From NCBI GenBank assembly GCA_944372425.1, contig CALVZC010000003.1, positions 6,570-70,569 of the forward strand: a DNA stretch of 64,000 nt. The letters are read 5' to 3'. The DNA is from an uncultured Bacilli bacterium (GTDB taxonomy: Bacteria; Bacillota_I; Bacilli_A; RF39; UBA660). This document shows positions 27,523-37,167 of this stretch, piece after piece. Both the position numbers and the translations under genes were made by a program. A model generated the notes under the pieces. The model saw only the letters and a program-made list of their open reading frames with translations. It made no database searches and was not told where the DNA came from. Numbering within the stretch: position 1 is the first letter of the stretch; each line of letters starts with the position of its first letter.

Positions 27523-29525
27523 GCTTTTGCAATCTCAATTATTTTAATTGGACAACCCATAAATTTTATAGCATTATCACGATTATCTATAACTAAATAA
27601 TCACCAAGACCATCTGGTATATTGTCAATCTTGCTAGCAATTAAAATTGTATTTCTAGAATATATATCACAAAGTTCTTTTATAACATCAGAATTAAATT
27701 CATCATCATCAAAATATATTTCTGTAAGAATGTCATCATTATCGTCTTTTACAGAATAAAGAGTAACACAATATTTATTTTGATTAGGAACAATTTTAAT
27801 TACTGTATGTCTGCCATCTTTTTCATAAACGCGACTTGCCAAATAGACATTTTTAATGATAGATAAACGTTCAGTTGGTTCTTTTTCATCATCCAAAGAC
27901 ACTGTTTTACTATCTAAGTTATTTTCTTCTTCATCATTAACAATATTTTTATGAGTAGTTAAATAGGTGATAATTTTTTCTTCCAAAATACACACTTCTT
28001 GCATTATAGTAGGATGATTAACAGCAAAATCTAATTCTTTAACATTAGAAAGAGCAGTAAGCAAATATTCAATTTTATCGATGTCTGATTTATTTACTGG
28101 ATCATTATCTTCAATTTGACGAAGATTAATTTCTTCTTCATACTTCATACTATTTTCTAATATAAATTTTGCGTTTTCTTCAGCAAGTTTTTTTAATTCC
28201 TCGTTCTTTCTTTCTAAGTCAAAAATTCTTTTTGCCTGTTCTTCCGCTGCTTTAATTATTTCTTTTCTTTGACGTTCCTTTTTTAGTATAATTTTTGCAA
28301 ATTCTTCAGCATCCTTCTTTATTTGTTCTCTTTCCTTTAAAACTTTAATCAATTCTTTAGCCTGTTCTTCCGCTGCTAAAGATAGGAATTCATGTCTTTT
28401 ATCTTTAGATAAGCTTTTTTCTTCAATTACAATAGGATCATTAATTATAGTTGAAAAATCAGGTCTTGTATTTTCTTTTATACTTTTTAGTTTGGATATA
28501 ATATCATCTTTTTTAGTTTCTTTCATTTTAGAATCACCTTTATTATAAAAATCTTTTAATATCAATCTAGTACTGTTCAAAAAATCATTACAAATTTTAA
28601 CATATTCATCATTTCCCAAAAGCTTATAATATCTTTTTTTACTATCCCAATATTCCATAAACTTAGAACTAAATATTAAAGCATTATTTTTTGCTGATTC
28701 AAGAGCTAAGTGTATTATATCTACATTGTTCAACATAAATGTTTTATTATTGTTTTCATATTCAGCGCAAATCAAAGCTTTCATGTATATATCATCAACA
28801 TCATATGAAAAAGTATTAAAATCATCACATAGCCTTTTTATTAAATCATCATCTGGATATTGCTTTTTTATATCATTCCATACATTTTGATCATTTATAC
28901 CTAAATTGTAAGCATAACGAGCTAAATCAAGAATTACCAAATTTTCTATTTCCTCTTTATTTTCTCTATTACGTTTTTCTAAAAATTTTATGTCATCAAA
29001 TGAATCAAAATCATCTAAATCTCCTAAAAATTCTACTCGATATTTAGCATACTGCAAAGCAATATTATGACTTATATATTTTACATATTTTTCATTTTCT
29101 ACTGAATTTATATTTATATCTCTAATAGGATTTTTATTTAACAAATTAAAATTTTCTTCGAATTTAGCTACAATATCCATCATATTAACAGGAAAGTTTC
29201 TTAATACAAGCATTTCTTTTTGATCATTTCTAGTTAAAATTAAATTTCCATTTAATTTTGAACCTTTAATAATTCTTTTTATTATATTGATATTTTTGCT
29301 AAAAAAATGCACCAATATTTTAGGGAATATTCTCGTTAGAAAGTCAAAATCAAAAGGTAAAATATGACGTACACTAGAAATAACGCCATTTTTTGATATA
29401 GTAATATATATATAATTATCTTTTTTTAAGTCCAAACATAATGCTATATTGTCATTATTTATAATGCTACTATGATACATATCATATTTGTGAAATAAGG
29501 TTTCTAATTCATTATTTAACGCCAT
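27513..29525 (-). CDS. hypothetical 670-aa cytoplasmic protein with a central charged coiled coil
   Basis: No TM seen. The centre holds four tandem AEE.AK units (AAEEQAKELI, DAEEFAKIIL, AAEEQAKRIF, LAEENAKFIL). The flanking N- and C-domains were not recognised. Confidence 0.55.
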   Translation of the reverse strand: MALNNELETLFHKYDMYHSSIINNDNIALCLDLKKDNYIYITISKNGVISSVRHILPFDFDFLTRIFPKILVHFFSKNINIIKRIIKGSKLNGNLILTRNDQKEMLVLRNFPVNMMDIVAKFEENFNLLNKNPIRDININSVENEKYVKYISHNIALQYAKYRVEFLGDLDDFDSFDDIKFLEKRNRENKEEIENLVILDLARYAYNLGINDQNVWNDIKKQYPDDDLIKRLCDDFNTFSYDVDDIYMKALICAEYENNNKTFMLNNVDIIHLALESAKNNALIFSSKFMEYWDSKKRYYKLLGNDEYVKICNDFLNSTRLILKDFYNKGDSKMKETKKDDIISKLKSIKENTRPDFSTIINDPIVIEEKSLSKDKRHEFLSLAAEEQAKELIKVLKEREQIKKDAEEFAKIILKKERQRKEIIKAAEEQAKRIFDLERKNEELKKLAEENAKFILENSMKYEEEINLRQIEDNDPVNKSDIDKIEYLLTALSNVKELDFAVNHPTIMQEVCILEEKIITYLTTHKNIVNDEEENNLDSKTVSLDDEKEPTERLSIIKNVYLASRVYEKDGRHTVIKIVPNQNKYCVTLYSVKDDNDDILTEIYFDDDEFNSDVIKELCDIYSRNTILIASKIDNIPDGLGDYLVIDNRDNAIKFMGCPIKIIEIAKAYL

Positions 29526-29687
29526 TTGTACAGCCTCCCTATTATTCTATAATAATATTGTATCATAAATATTGTAAAAGCAACATATTTTTATAAAAAA
29601 AATATAATTAAACATTTAATTATATTAAAAATAAAAGATTTTATTTTTCAAATTTTTTATAAAAATTAAAATTTACAATAAGTTATT

Positions 29688-30692
29688 TTATCTCAATAGT
29701 TCTTCATAGACATTTTTCAACTGTTTTCCGACATTTCTTAAATCCCTTGATTCTGCTATTTTATAAGCTTCTTCTGTCAATGAAGGTAATTTTCCAGCAA
29801 AAAAATCTTTAATTTTCTTTTCAAATTCATCAACGTCTTTTGCTTTGTAAACATTTTTACCATCTTCTAGCCAGCCATCAAATATTTCTATATCACGTAC
29901 AATTGCGTTAGTTTTACAAGCACAAGCTTCGATAATAGGAATTCCTTCTGTTTCTTCTAAAGTTGGAAAAATATATAAATCTACACCACACATTGCTTCT
30001 TTTATAACGTTTTGTTCAACGTAGCCTGGAAAAAACAAATTAGGCAATTTTGTGTTAACTGCTTTTTTTACAGGAGCAGTAGCTGCTGCAAGTGGACTAT
30101 AACCAAACCAAATAAATTTATATTCTGGAAGTCTTTTAGCTAATTCGACAAAATCGACAATTCCTTTTCTTTCTATATAAAGTCCAATTCCCATAATAAT
30201 CTTATCATTTTTAGAAAAGCCATAATCTTTTCTAAACTTTTTACCAAGTTTTTCATCTTTTTTAAAGAAATCCATTTCAATTCCATTAGATATAGCATAT
30301 ATTTTTTTATTTTCTAATCCTTTATAACCTTGTAATAATTTTTTTGAATACAAAGTAGGAGTTACTATTACATCTCCAAGTTTATAACATTTTATTAACC
30401 ATTTTTTAAACATCTTCGAAGTTTGTTTTGAAAATATAAAACCGTTTTTATAATCTTCTTCAGTAGAATGAGCGTGATAAACAATTTTCTTTCCATTTTT
30501 TTTAGCTCTTTTAGCTAACATATAAGATTTAGGAAAATATGTATTAATATGCAATATATCATAATCATCATTTGGATTTAAAGTATAATTAACATTGACA
30601 TATTCTAATGCTTTAATTTGATGTTGAATTGCTTTTCCTAAACCACTTTTTCCTATAGTTTTTAAGCCTTCTGTATATAATAACACTTTCAT
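29688..30692 (-). CDS. GT4-family (GT-B) glycosyltransferase
   Basis: MKVLLYTE...GKSGLG at the N-terminus. The C-terminal E(x7)E-type region is PTLEETEGIPIIEACAC. Confidence 0.75.
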   Translation of the reverse strand: MKVLLYTEGLKTIGKSGLGKAIQHQIKALEYVNVNYTLNPNDDYDILHINTYFPKSYMLAKRAKKNGKKIVYHAHSTEEDYKNGFIFSKQTSKMFKKWLIKCYKLGDVIVTPTLYSKKLLQGYKGLENKKIYAISNGIEMDFFKKDEKLGKKFRKDYGFSKNDKIIMGIGLYIERKGIVDFVELAKRLPEYKFIWFGYSPLAAATAPVKKAVNTKLPNLFFPGYVEQNVIKEAMCGVDLYIFPTLEETEGIPIIEACACKTNAIVRDIEIFDGWLEDGKNVYKAKDVDEFEKKIKDFFAGKLPSLTEEAYKIAESRDLRNVGKQLKNVYEELLR

Positions 30693-30814
30693 ATAGATTT
30701 AAACCTCCTTATAAACCTTATAATTAATTATAACATAAATAATAGATTTAAAATACGCAAGACTTTATAATTTAATAAAAAGTGGCTATATTAGTTAAGA
30801 AAAAATTAACAGTA

Positions 30815-30853
30815 TTAAAAAACTTGCACTTATATTATATAAAAATGCAAGTT
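30815..30853 (-). terminator. rho-independent terminator after sigG
   Basis: AACTTGCA/TGCAAGTT 8-bp stem at 30821-30828 and 30846-30853. A T-run follows on the minus strand. Confidence 0.5.
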
Positions 30854-30907
30854 TTAATATAAAATTACTAATAAAATCTACTGATGATTAATAAATTATT
30901 ATAATTA

Positions 30908-31684
30908 TTAATTTAGGTTTTTCCTTAAATTATCTATTGTCGTTTTTTCAATTCTAGAAATTTGTGCTTGACTAATTCCTAATTCAGAAGCAAGTTCAGT
31001 CTGAGTTTTTCCCATTATGAATCTTTGATCTAAAATATACTGTTCACGCTCATTTAAACTTTTTATAGCATTATCTATTGATAATTTTAAAGCAATATCA
31101 ACTTTATTGTTTTTCTTATCTTCTATTTGATCATATAGATAAATTGTATCGCCACCATCATTGTAAATTGGCTCAAATATACTTACAGGGTTTTTTTTTG
31201 ATTCTAATGCTTCAATAACTTCAAAATTAGTAACATTCAATATTTTAGAAATTTCCTCAATGGTAGGTTCTCTTCCTTCCAACATTAAAACTTTTTCTTT
31301 TATTTTTGTAGCCCTATATGCAATATCTTTCAGTGATCGACTAACTCTTATACTATTATTATCCCTAACATATCTTCTTATCTCTCCCTGAATCATAGGA
31401 ACACAGTAAGTAGAAAATTTTACACCAAAATTTAAGTCAAAATTATCTACAGCTTTTACTAAGCCTATACAACCAACTTGAAATAAATCGTCTTTATTTT
31501 CTTCTACTTTTCCAAAAGATTTCAATATTGATAATACAAGTTTCAAATTTCCATTTATTATTTTATCTCTTGCTGACTTATCGCCCTCTTTATATTTTAA
31601 AAAGAGTGTACACATTTCTTCATTACTTAAAACTTCGATATTTGCTGTATTCACGCCACTTATTTCAACTTTGTGACGTGACAA
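30908..31684 (-). CDS. sigG: forespore sigma factor SigG
   Basis: MSRHKVEISGVNT...VLSNEEM, DLFQVGCIGLVKAVDNFDL, KFSTYCVPMIQGEIRRYVRDNN, PVSIFEPIYNDGGD and GISQAQISRIEK follow B. subtilis SigG almost motif by motif. Confidence 0.85.
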   Translation of the reverse strand: MSRHKVEISGVNTANIEVLSNEEMCTLFLKYKEGDKSARDKIINGNLKLVLSILKSFGKVEENKDDLFQVGCIGLVKAVDNFDLNFGVKFSTYCVPMIQGEIRRYVRDNNSIRVSRSLKDIAYRATKIKEKVLMLEGREPTIEEISKILNVTNFEVIEALESKKNPVSIFEPIYNDGGDTIYLYDQIEDKKNNKVDIALKLSIDNAIKSLNEREQYILDQRFIMGKTQTELASELGISQAQISRIEKTTIDNLRKNLN

Positions 31685-31738
31685 TAATAATTCTCCTTTC
31701 TCTATTATATTAAGACATAGAAAAAAGATTTTTATTCA

Positions 31739-31993
31739 CTAAAAACTAGAAATTATAGTATAAATAATTAAAGATAATAAAATTATTGATAATATAGCAA
31801 CAATAATTTTTAAATCTTTATTTTCGTTATTATTCCAATTACTTTCTTCTATTTCTCTTTGATTATAATTTTCATTATCGTTAGTACTATCATTATCTGA
31901 ACTTTCTAAATCATCCGACAATTGATTGCCACATTCTTGACATACTTTCATCCAATCTTCATTAGTTGAACCACATAAATTACAAACTTTCAT
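31739..31993 (-). CDS. zinc-ribbon protein with a C-terminal TM anchor
   Basis: CNLCGS...CQECGN, an acidic Asn/Asp linker, and the hydrophobic tail IIVAILSIILLSLIIYTII. Confidence 0.55.
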   Translation of the reverse strand: MKVCNLCGSTNEDWMKVCQECGNQLSDDLESSDNDSTNDNENYNQREIEESNWNNNENKDLKIIVAILSIILLSLIIYTIISSF

Positions 31994-33014
31994 GTTTACC
32001 TCCTGATTTCTTATTTTTTTTGCTATTTACTACAAAGTTATATGAATCTCTACACATATCCTCTATATTTAGCTTTGCACTCCAATTTAATATTTTTTTT
32101 GCCTTCTCAGTAGAAGCATAACACATATCGATATCACCTGGTCTTCTTTCAACAATTTTATATGGGACATCTATTTTATTAACCTTAACAAATGTATTTA
32201 TAAGTTCTAAGACGCTATAACCTCTACCTGTACCAAGGTTATAGGTATCTATTCCTTTATCTTTAATTACTTTTTCAATTGCCTTTATATGGCCTTTAGC
32301 AAGATCTACAACATGAATATAATCTCTTACTCCGGTTCCATCTCTTGTTTTATAATCCGAACCAAATACGTTTAAAACATCTAATTGTTTATTGGCAACT
32401 TTAACAATATATGGCATTAAATTATTTGGTATACCATTTGGATCCTCACCTATTAAACCACTTTTATGTGCACCTATAGGATTAAAATACCTAAGTATAG
32501 CAATACTCCAATCATTATCAGAATTATACAAATCCTTAAGTATTCCTTCAATAATTAACTTTGTAGATCCATATGGATTTGTTGTGTGTAAAGGGAAATC
32601 TTCTTTTATTGGAAGTTTTTGCGGATTTCCATAAACAGTAGCACTAGAGGAAAAAACAATTTTTTTACATCCGAATTCTTTCATAACTTCTAATAATGAT
32701 ATTGTAGATAATAAATTATTATGATAATACATAAGAGGTTCTTTTACACTTTCACCTACTGCTTTGTACCCAGCAAAATGTATAACTGCTTGAATATCCT
32801 CTCTATCAAAAATCTTTCTAAGTTTATATTTATCACATACATCACATTTATAAAATGTTACGTTCTTTTTTGTTATAATCCTAATTTTATTGACAACTTC
32901 TCTTTTAGAGTTAGACAAATTATCAACAATTACGACATCAAATCCACTATTAAGCAATTCACAACATGTATGGCTACCAATATACCCAGTTCCACCAGTT
33001 ACTAAAATTTTCAT
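31980..33014 (-). CDS. galE: UDP-glucose 4-epimerase
   Basis: ILVTGGTGYIGSH Rossmann motif and the YGSTK catalytic motif. ATG 33014 is preceded by GGGAGGTAAT. Confidence 0.9.
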   Translation of the reverse strand: MKILVTGGTGYIGSHTCCELLNSGFDVVIVDNLSNSKREVVNKIRIITKKNVTFYKCDVCDKYKLRKIFDREDIQAVIHFAGYKAVGESVKEPLMYYHNNLLSTISLLEVMKEFGCKKIVFSSSATVYGNPQKLPIKEDFPLHTTNPYGSTKLIIEGILKDLYNSDNDWSIAILRYFNPIGAHKSGLIGEDPNGIPNNLMPYIVKVANKQLDVLNVFGSDYKTRDGTGVRDYIHVVDLAKGHIKAIEKVIKDKGIDTYNLGTGRGYSVLELINTFVKVNKIDVPYKIVERRPGDIDMCYASTEKAKKILNWSAKLNIEDMCRDSYNFVVNSKKNKKSGGKHESL

Positions 33015-33015
33015 A

Positions 33016-33843
33016 TTACCTCCCATAATATTTCTCATAATACAATATTCGCGATTTTACAATTAATCTATTTATAAAAAACAGTAAATATATTATTACA
33101 AATATAAATCCGATAAAAAACAATGATAAATATAAAAAGTCTGTCTTTTCTGCAAAATAATTAACTAACTTATTACTAATATAATAAGAAAGATTTATTT
33201 TTCTTAATATAAATATCAATATTTTCTTATTAAAAGCAAATATTAGAAAAGAAGATATTATATTTACTATTCCTAACAATAAAAATGTTTTCCAGTTTTT
33301 TATATATATTTCAAATATAATAAAAATTAATAATATAGAAATGATAATATACACATATTTACTATTAAAAAAATTAATAAAACTATTAAAAGAAGAAACA
33401 AACTGTTTATTATTAATTTTATTTTTAGCGTTATTAAAAAAACCTAAAATATCGTTTTCAATATATTCATATACATCTATTGAATTCTTCTTTTCATAAA
33501 TATTAACTGAATCTCTAACTAACAATTGAAGTCTCTCATCAATAATATTAAAATCATTAGAATATAATTTATCAATATAGTCCTCTATAATATCTTTTAT
33601 TTTATTTTTATCAATATAATCAAATACTTCGTCTGGAACTTTTTTAGTATTTAATATATTACTAATAATTGAATTTTCTTTTATAATTTTTGTAATATCA
33701 ATATCAATAAACAAATTATTAACATTCTTCTTCTGAAATATTACATTTACATATATACCTAAAAATAACAGCAATAATAATATAACTAAAATAACTGAAA
33801 CTATTCTATCTAGGAATTTTAAATCTGAAATTTGCATTTTCAT
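33016..33843 (-). CDS. hypothetical polytopic membrane protein
   Basis: 275-aa ORF with TM segments at the N-terminus and in the C-terminal half. Its stop is 1 nt from the galE start. Confidence 0.5.
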   Translation of the reverse strand: MKMQISDLKFLDRIVSVILVILLLLLFLGIYVNVIFQKKNVNNLFIDIDITKIIKENSIISNILNTKKVPDEVFDYIDKNKIKDIIEDYIDKLYSNDFNIIDERLQLLVRDSVNIYEKKNSIDVYEYIENDILGFFNNAKNKINNKQFVSSFNSFINFFNSKYVYIIISILLIFIIFEIYIKNWKTFLLLGIVNIISSFLIFAFNKKILIFILRKINLSYYISNKLVNYFAEKTDFLYLSLFFIGFIFVIIYLLFFINRLIVKSRILYYEKYYGR

Positions 33844-33849
33844 ATTTGA

Positions 33850-34002
33850 CTATTTGACTTTATTTAAAGTTTTATTACTTAAAGTTTTTATTTTTTTAGG
33901 CATAATTGTTAAGTCTAATCTTCTATTTGCAGCAAATCCAATACAAAATAAATCTATTTGTTGATACAAGTCATTTAAACGTTTAAATTCTTGGTTATCC
34001 AT
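33850..34002 (-). CDS. possible small ORF (50 aa)
   Basis: Own translation gives MDNQEFKRLNDLYQQIDLFCIGFAANRRLDLTIMPKKIKTLSNKTLNKVK. AAAGGTGA SD lies 5 nt upstream. It is below the ORF-track size cutoff. Confidence 0.3.
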   Translation of the reverse strand: MDNQEFKRLNDLYQQIDLFCIGFAANRRLDLTIMPKKIKTLSNKTLNKVK

Positions 34003-34061
34003 AAAATCACCTTTATTATTTTTAATTATAACAAAAATTATTATAAAAAAAAAGAGCTATA

Positions 34062-35441
34062 TTATTTAAGCTCAATTATCATTTCTTTATAATTTTTTCC
34101 TTTCTCTTCAAAATTTTTATATGAATTATAGCTGGAAGCCGCTGGAGACAAAAGACATATTTTATTTTTACTTGTAACTTTATAAGCAAGTAAGACAGCT
34201 TTTTTCATTGAATCAGCATATAAAACATTTTTATTAATTAACATTTTACCTATTTTGTATCCTGTTTCAGGCATACATATAAAATTTTTTATTGCACTTT
34301 TATTTAAATAATCAACAAAATTAGAATAATTTATTTTTCTATCTAATCCACCAAATATTAAAGTATTAACATTTGTTAATGTTTCAATACAATTTATTGT
34401 AGCTTCTGGTATTGTTGCAATACTATCATTGTAAAAAATTATATTATTAAATTTTCCAACATATTCCATTCTATGCTCTAAAGGTTTAAAATCATTTATT
34501 GCCTTTGCAGTCAATAAATTATCTAAGTTTAGTATATTTGAAACAGCAAAAGCAAACATTATATTTTCTAAATTGTGCTTCCCTAATAAATATCTACTAT
34601 CGCTGACATCATATAATTTAAATAAATTATCATTAGTTTTCAAATATATATTTTTCATATCACAAACAACAGAATCATTAACGACTCCTTTTAAATCTTT
34701 AGCAATAACTATTTTCATCAATTTACCATTATAATTATTTTTCTTTACTAGTGATGATAGTGTCTCATTATTTAAAGAATAAATAGCATAATCATTTTTA
34801 TTTTGATATTTAAAAATATTAAGTTTTGATTCAAAATAAGACTCTTTGCTTTCAAAATAATCGAGATGTTCTTCAAATAAATTTAATATTATACTAATAT
34901 GAGGAGATTTTTTTATAAACTCTGTATGATAAGCAGACATTTCCACAATAACTATACTATTTTTTTTAAATTTATCAATATAATCAAAAATTGGTATCCC
35001 AATATTTCCACATAAATATACATCATACCCTTGTGTTTTAATTATATTATAAATAATAGAAGCTGTTGTACTTTTTCCCTTTGTACCAGTTACTCCTATT
35101 ATTTTACATTCACAAAATTCTAAAAATAGATTTGTTTGTGAAGTAATTTTATTTTTAAAATTATTTATGTTAATTTTTTTAAATGATATGCCTGGAGATT
35201 TAATTATAATATCATAATCATTTATATTTTTTAAATAATCTTTACCTAGAACAATTTTGACATTAGTATCATTTATTAAAGTATTAGAATCAATAATTAA
35301 ATTTTCATTTTTATCAAGTATAAAAATTTTTTCATTTCTTAAATATTTTCTTATAAATTTATATGTAGACCTTCCTTCTTTTCCAAATCCAACAATAGCT
35401 ATGCTTTTATTTTTCAATATATTTATTATCTTTCTATACAT
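34062..35441 (-). CDS. murD: UDP-N-acetylmuramoylalanine--D-glutamate ligase
   Basis: N-terminal Rossmann motif (VGFGKEGRS) and Mur ligase P-loop GVTGTKGKSTT. 459 aa. Confidence 0.85.
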   Translation of the reverse strand: MYRKIINILKNKSIAIVGFGKEGRSTYKFIRKYLRNEKIFILDKNENLIIDSNTLINDTNVKIVLGKDYLKNINDYDIIIKSPGISFKKININNFKNKITSQTNLFLEFCECKIIGVTGTKGKSTTASIIYNIIKTQGYDVYLCGNIGIPIFDYIDKFKKNSIVIVEMSAYHTEFIKKSPHISIILNLFEEHLDYFESKESYFESKLNIFKYQNKNDYAIYSLNNETLSSLVKKNNYNGKLMKIVIAKDLKGVVNDSVVCDMKNIYLKTNDNLFKLYDVSDSRYLLGKHNLENIMFAFAVSNILNLDNLLTAKAINDFKPLEHRMEYVGKFNNIIFYNDSIATIPEATINCIETLTNVNTLIFGGLDRKINYSNFVDYLNKSAIKNFICMPETGYKIGKMLINKNVLYADSMKKAVLLAYKVTSKNKICLLSPAASSYNSYKNFEEKGKNYKEMIIELK

Positions 35442-35577
35442 AGTTTATATCAATCCTTTATTAAAATTACATTTTATCAATAAAAATACATCATAAAGGT
35501 AAAATTAATTGCATTATAATAAAAGCATCTAAAACTTACCAATTATTTATAATTTTTATTTTTTTAAATTATAAAAA

Positions 35578-36864
35578 TTAATTTTTTTTCTCAATAATTT
35601 TCTTTCCACCCATATAAGGTTGTAGCACTTTTGGAATGAGTACAGATCCATCACTTTGGTAATTATTCTCAAGTAAAGCAATTATCGCTCTGCTAGAAGC
35701 TAGTACTGTATTATTCAAAGTATGTAAAAAATAAGTTCCTTTTTCACCTTTTGCTCTAATACCTAGTCTTCTTGCTTGTGCATCACCTAAATTTGAGCAT
35801 GAACCGACTTCAAAATATTTTTTTTGTCTTGGGCTCCATGCTTCAACATCACATGATTTAACTTTTAAATCTGCAAGATCTCCACTACAGCATTCAAGAG
35901 TTCTAACTGGGATATCTAAACTTCTAAATAATTCAACTGTGAATTTCCACATTTTTTCATACCATTTCATAGAATCTTCAGGGTTACAAATAACAATCAT
36001 TTCTTGTTTTTCAAATTGATGAACTCTATATATTCCTCGTTCTTCAATACCATGAGCACCTACTTCCTTTCTAAAACAAGGAGAATATGATGTCATTGTT
36101 ATAGGCAATGTATCAGGTTTAATAATTTGATCTTTAAATCTACCAATCATCGAATGTTCACTAGTGCCAATTAAATACAAATCTTCACCTTCTATTTTAT
36201 ACATCATTGCATCCATTTCTGTAAAAGACATAACACCAGTAACTACATCGCTACGTATCATAAATGGGGGAATGCAATAAGTAAATCCCTTATCAATCAT
36301 AAAATCTCTTGCATAAGAAAGTAATGCACTATGCAACCTTGCTATATCTCCAATCAAATAATAAAAACCGTTTCCACTAGTTCTTCCAGCAGAATCTTTA
36401 TCCCATCCATTAAAGCTTTCCATAATTTCAGCATGATAAGGTATTTCATAATTAGGAACTATTGGTTCTCCAAAACGTTCATTTTCTACATTTTGAGTAT
36501 CATCTTTTCCAATAGGTACACTATCATCAATAATTTGAGGAATTATCATCATTTTACTTTTTAAATTCTCTGATAGTTCTGTTTCCTCTTTTTCAATGTC
36601 AATTAATTGTTCATTTATTTTAGAAACATTTTGTTTTTTTTGATTAGCTTCTTCAATTTTCTTTTCTCTAAATAACGCACCTATTTCATCACTAATTTGA
36701 TTTCTTTCTTGTCTTAATGAATCCCCTTTAATTTTTAATTCTCTTATTTTTTGATCTAAATCAATTACTTCATCAACTAAAGGAAGCTTTTCGTCCTGAA
36801 ATTTTTTCTTTATATTTTTCTTCACTTTATCCTTATTTTCACGAACAAACTTTATGTCTAACAT
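35578..36864 (-). CDS. serS: serine--tRNA ligase
   Basis: N-terminal coiled-coil arm (MLDIKFVREN...). Class II core with FRKE, RVHQFEKQE and GSCSN...D.QARRL. Confidence 0.95.
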   Translation of the reverse strand: MLDIKFVRENKDKVKKNIKKKFQDEKLPLVDEVIDLDQKIRELKIKGDSLRQERNQISDEIGALFREKKIEEANQKKQNVSKINEQLIDIEKEETELSENLKSKMMIIPQIIDDSVPIGKDDTQNVENERFGEPIVPNYEIPYHAEIMESFNGWDKDSAGRTSGNGFYYLIGDIARLHSALLSYARDFMIDKGFTYCIPPFMIRSDVVTGVMSFTEMDAMMYKIEGEDLYLIGTSEHSMIGRFKDQIIKPDTLPITMTSYSPCFRKEVGAHGIEERGIYRVHQFEKQEMIVICNPEDSMKWYEKMWKFTVELFRSLDIPVRTLECCSGDLADLKVKSCDVEAWSPRQKKYFEVGSCSNLGDAQARRLGIRAKGEKGTYFLHTLNNTVLASSRAIIALLENNYQSDGSVLIPKVLQPYMGGKKIIEKKN

Positions 36865-36904
36865 TTTATCATCCCTTCTTTTAATAAATCAAAAATTTAG
36901 AATA

Positions 36905-37080
36905 TGACTAGTAAAAAATAAAAAGACCAAGTATAGGAGTGAAAGATCACGGTGCCATCCTAATAGGTCTTAATTTTTATAACGGTTCTACCGGAAATAG
37001 ATACTAAAATTCCCTATTTCACTCATAAGTTGATTCAAATATTTTTATATACAGTTTCCACCAACCACTGTTTCTCTATA
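36905..37080 (-). promoter_or_regulatory. T-box leader upstream of serS; candidate UCA (Ser) specifier
   Basis: On the minus strand: AGAGA, distal loop GGTTGGTGGAAAC, GAA-TCA-A (the codon is plus-strand 37031-37033), and a degenerate T-box ATTAGGATGGCACCGTG followed by a T-run. Confidence 0.65.
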
Positions 37081-37167
37081 CTATAAATAATATTTTACTA
37101 ATCTTACTCATCGATTTATAAATAAATAATATCATTTAAAAATAGCAAAGTCAAATACTTAATAAAA

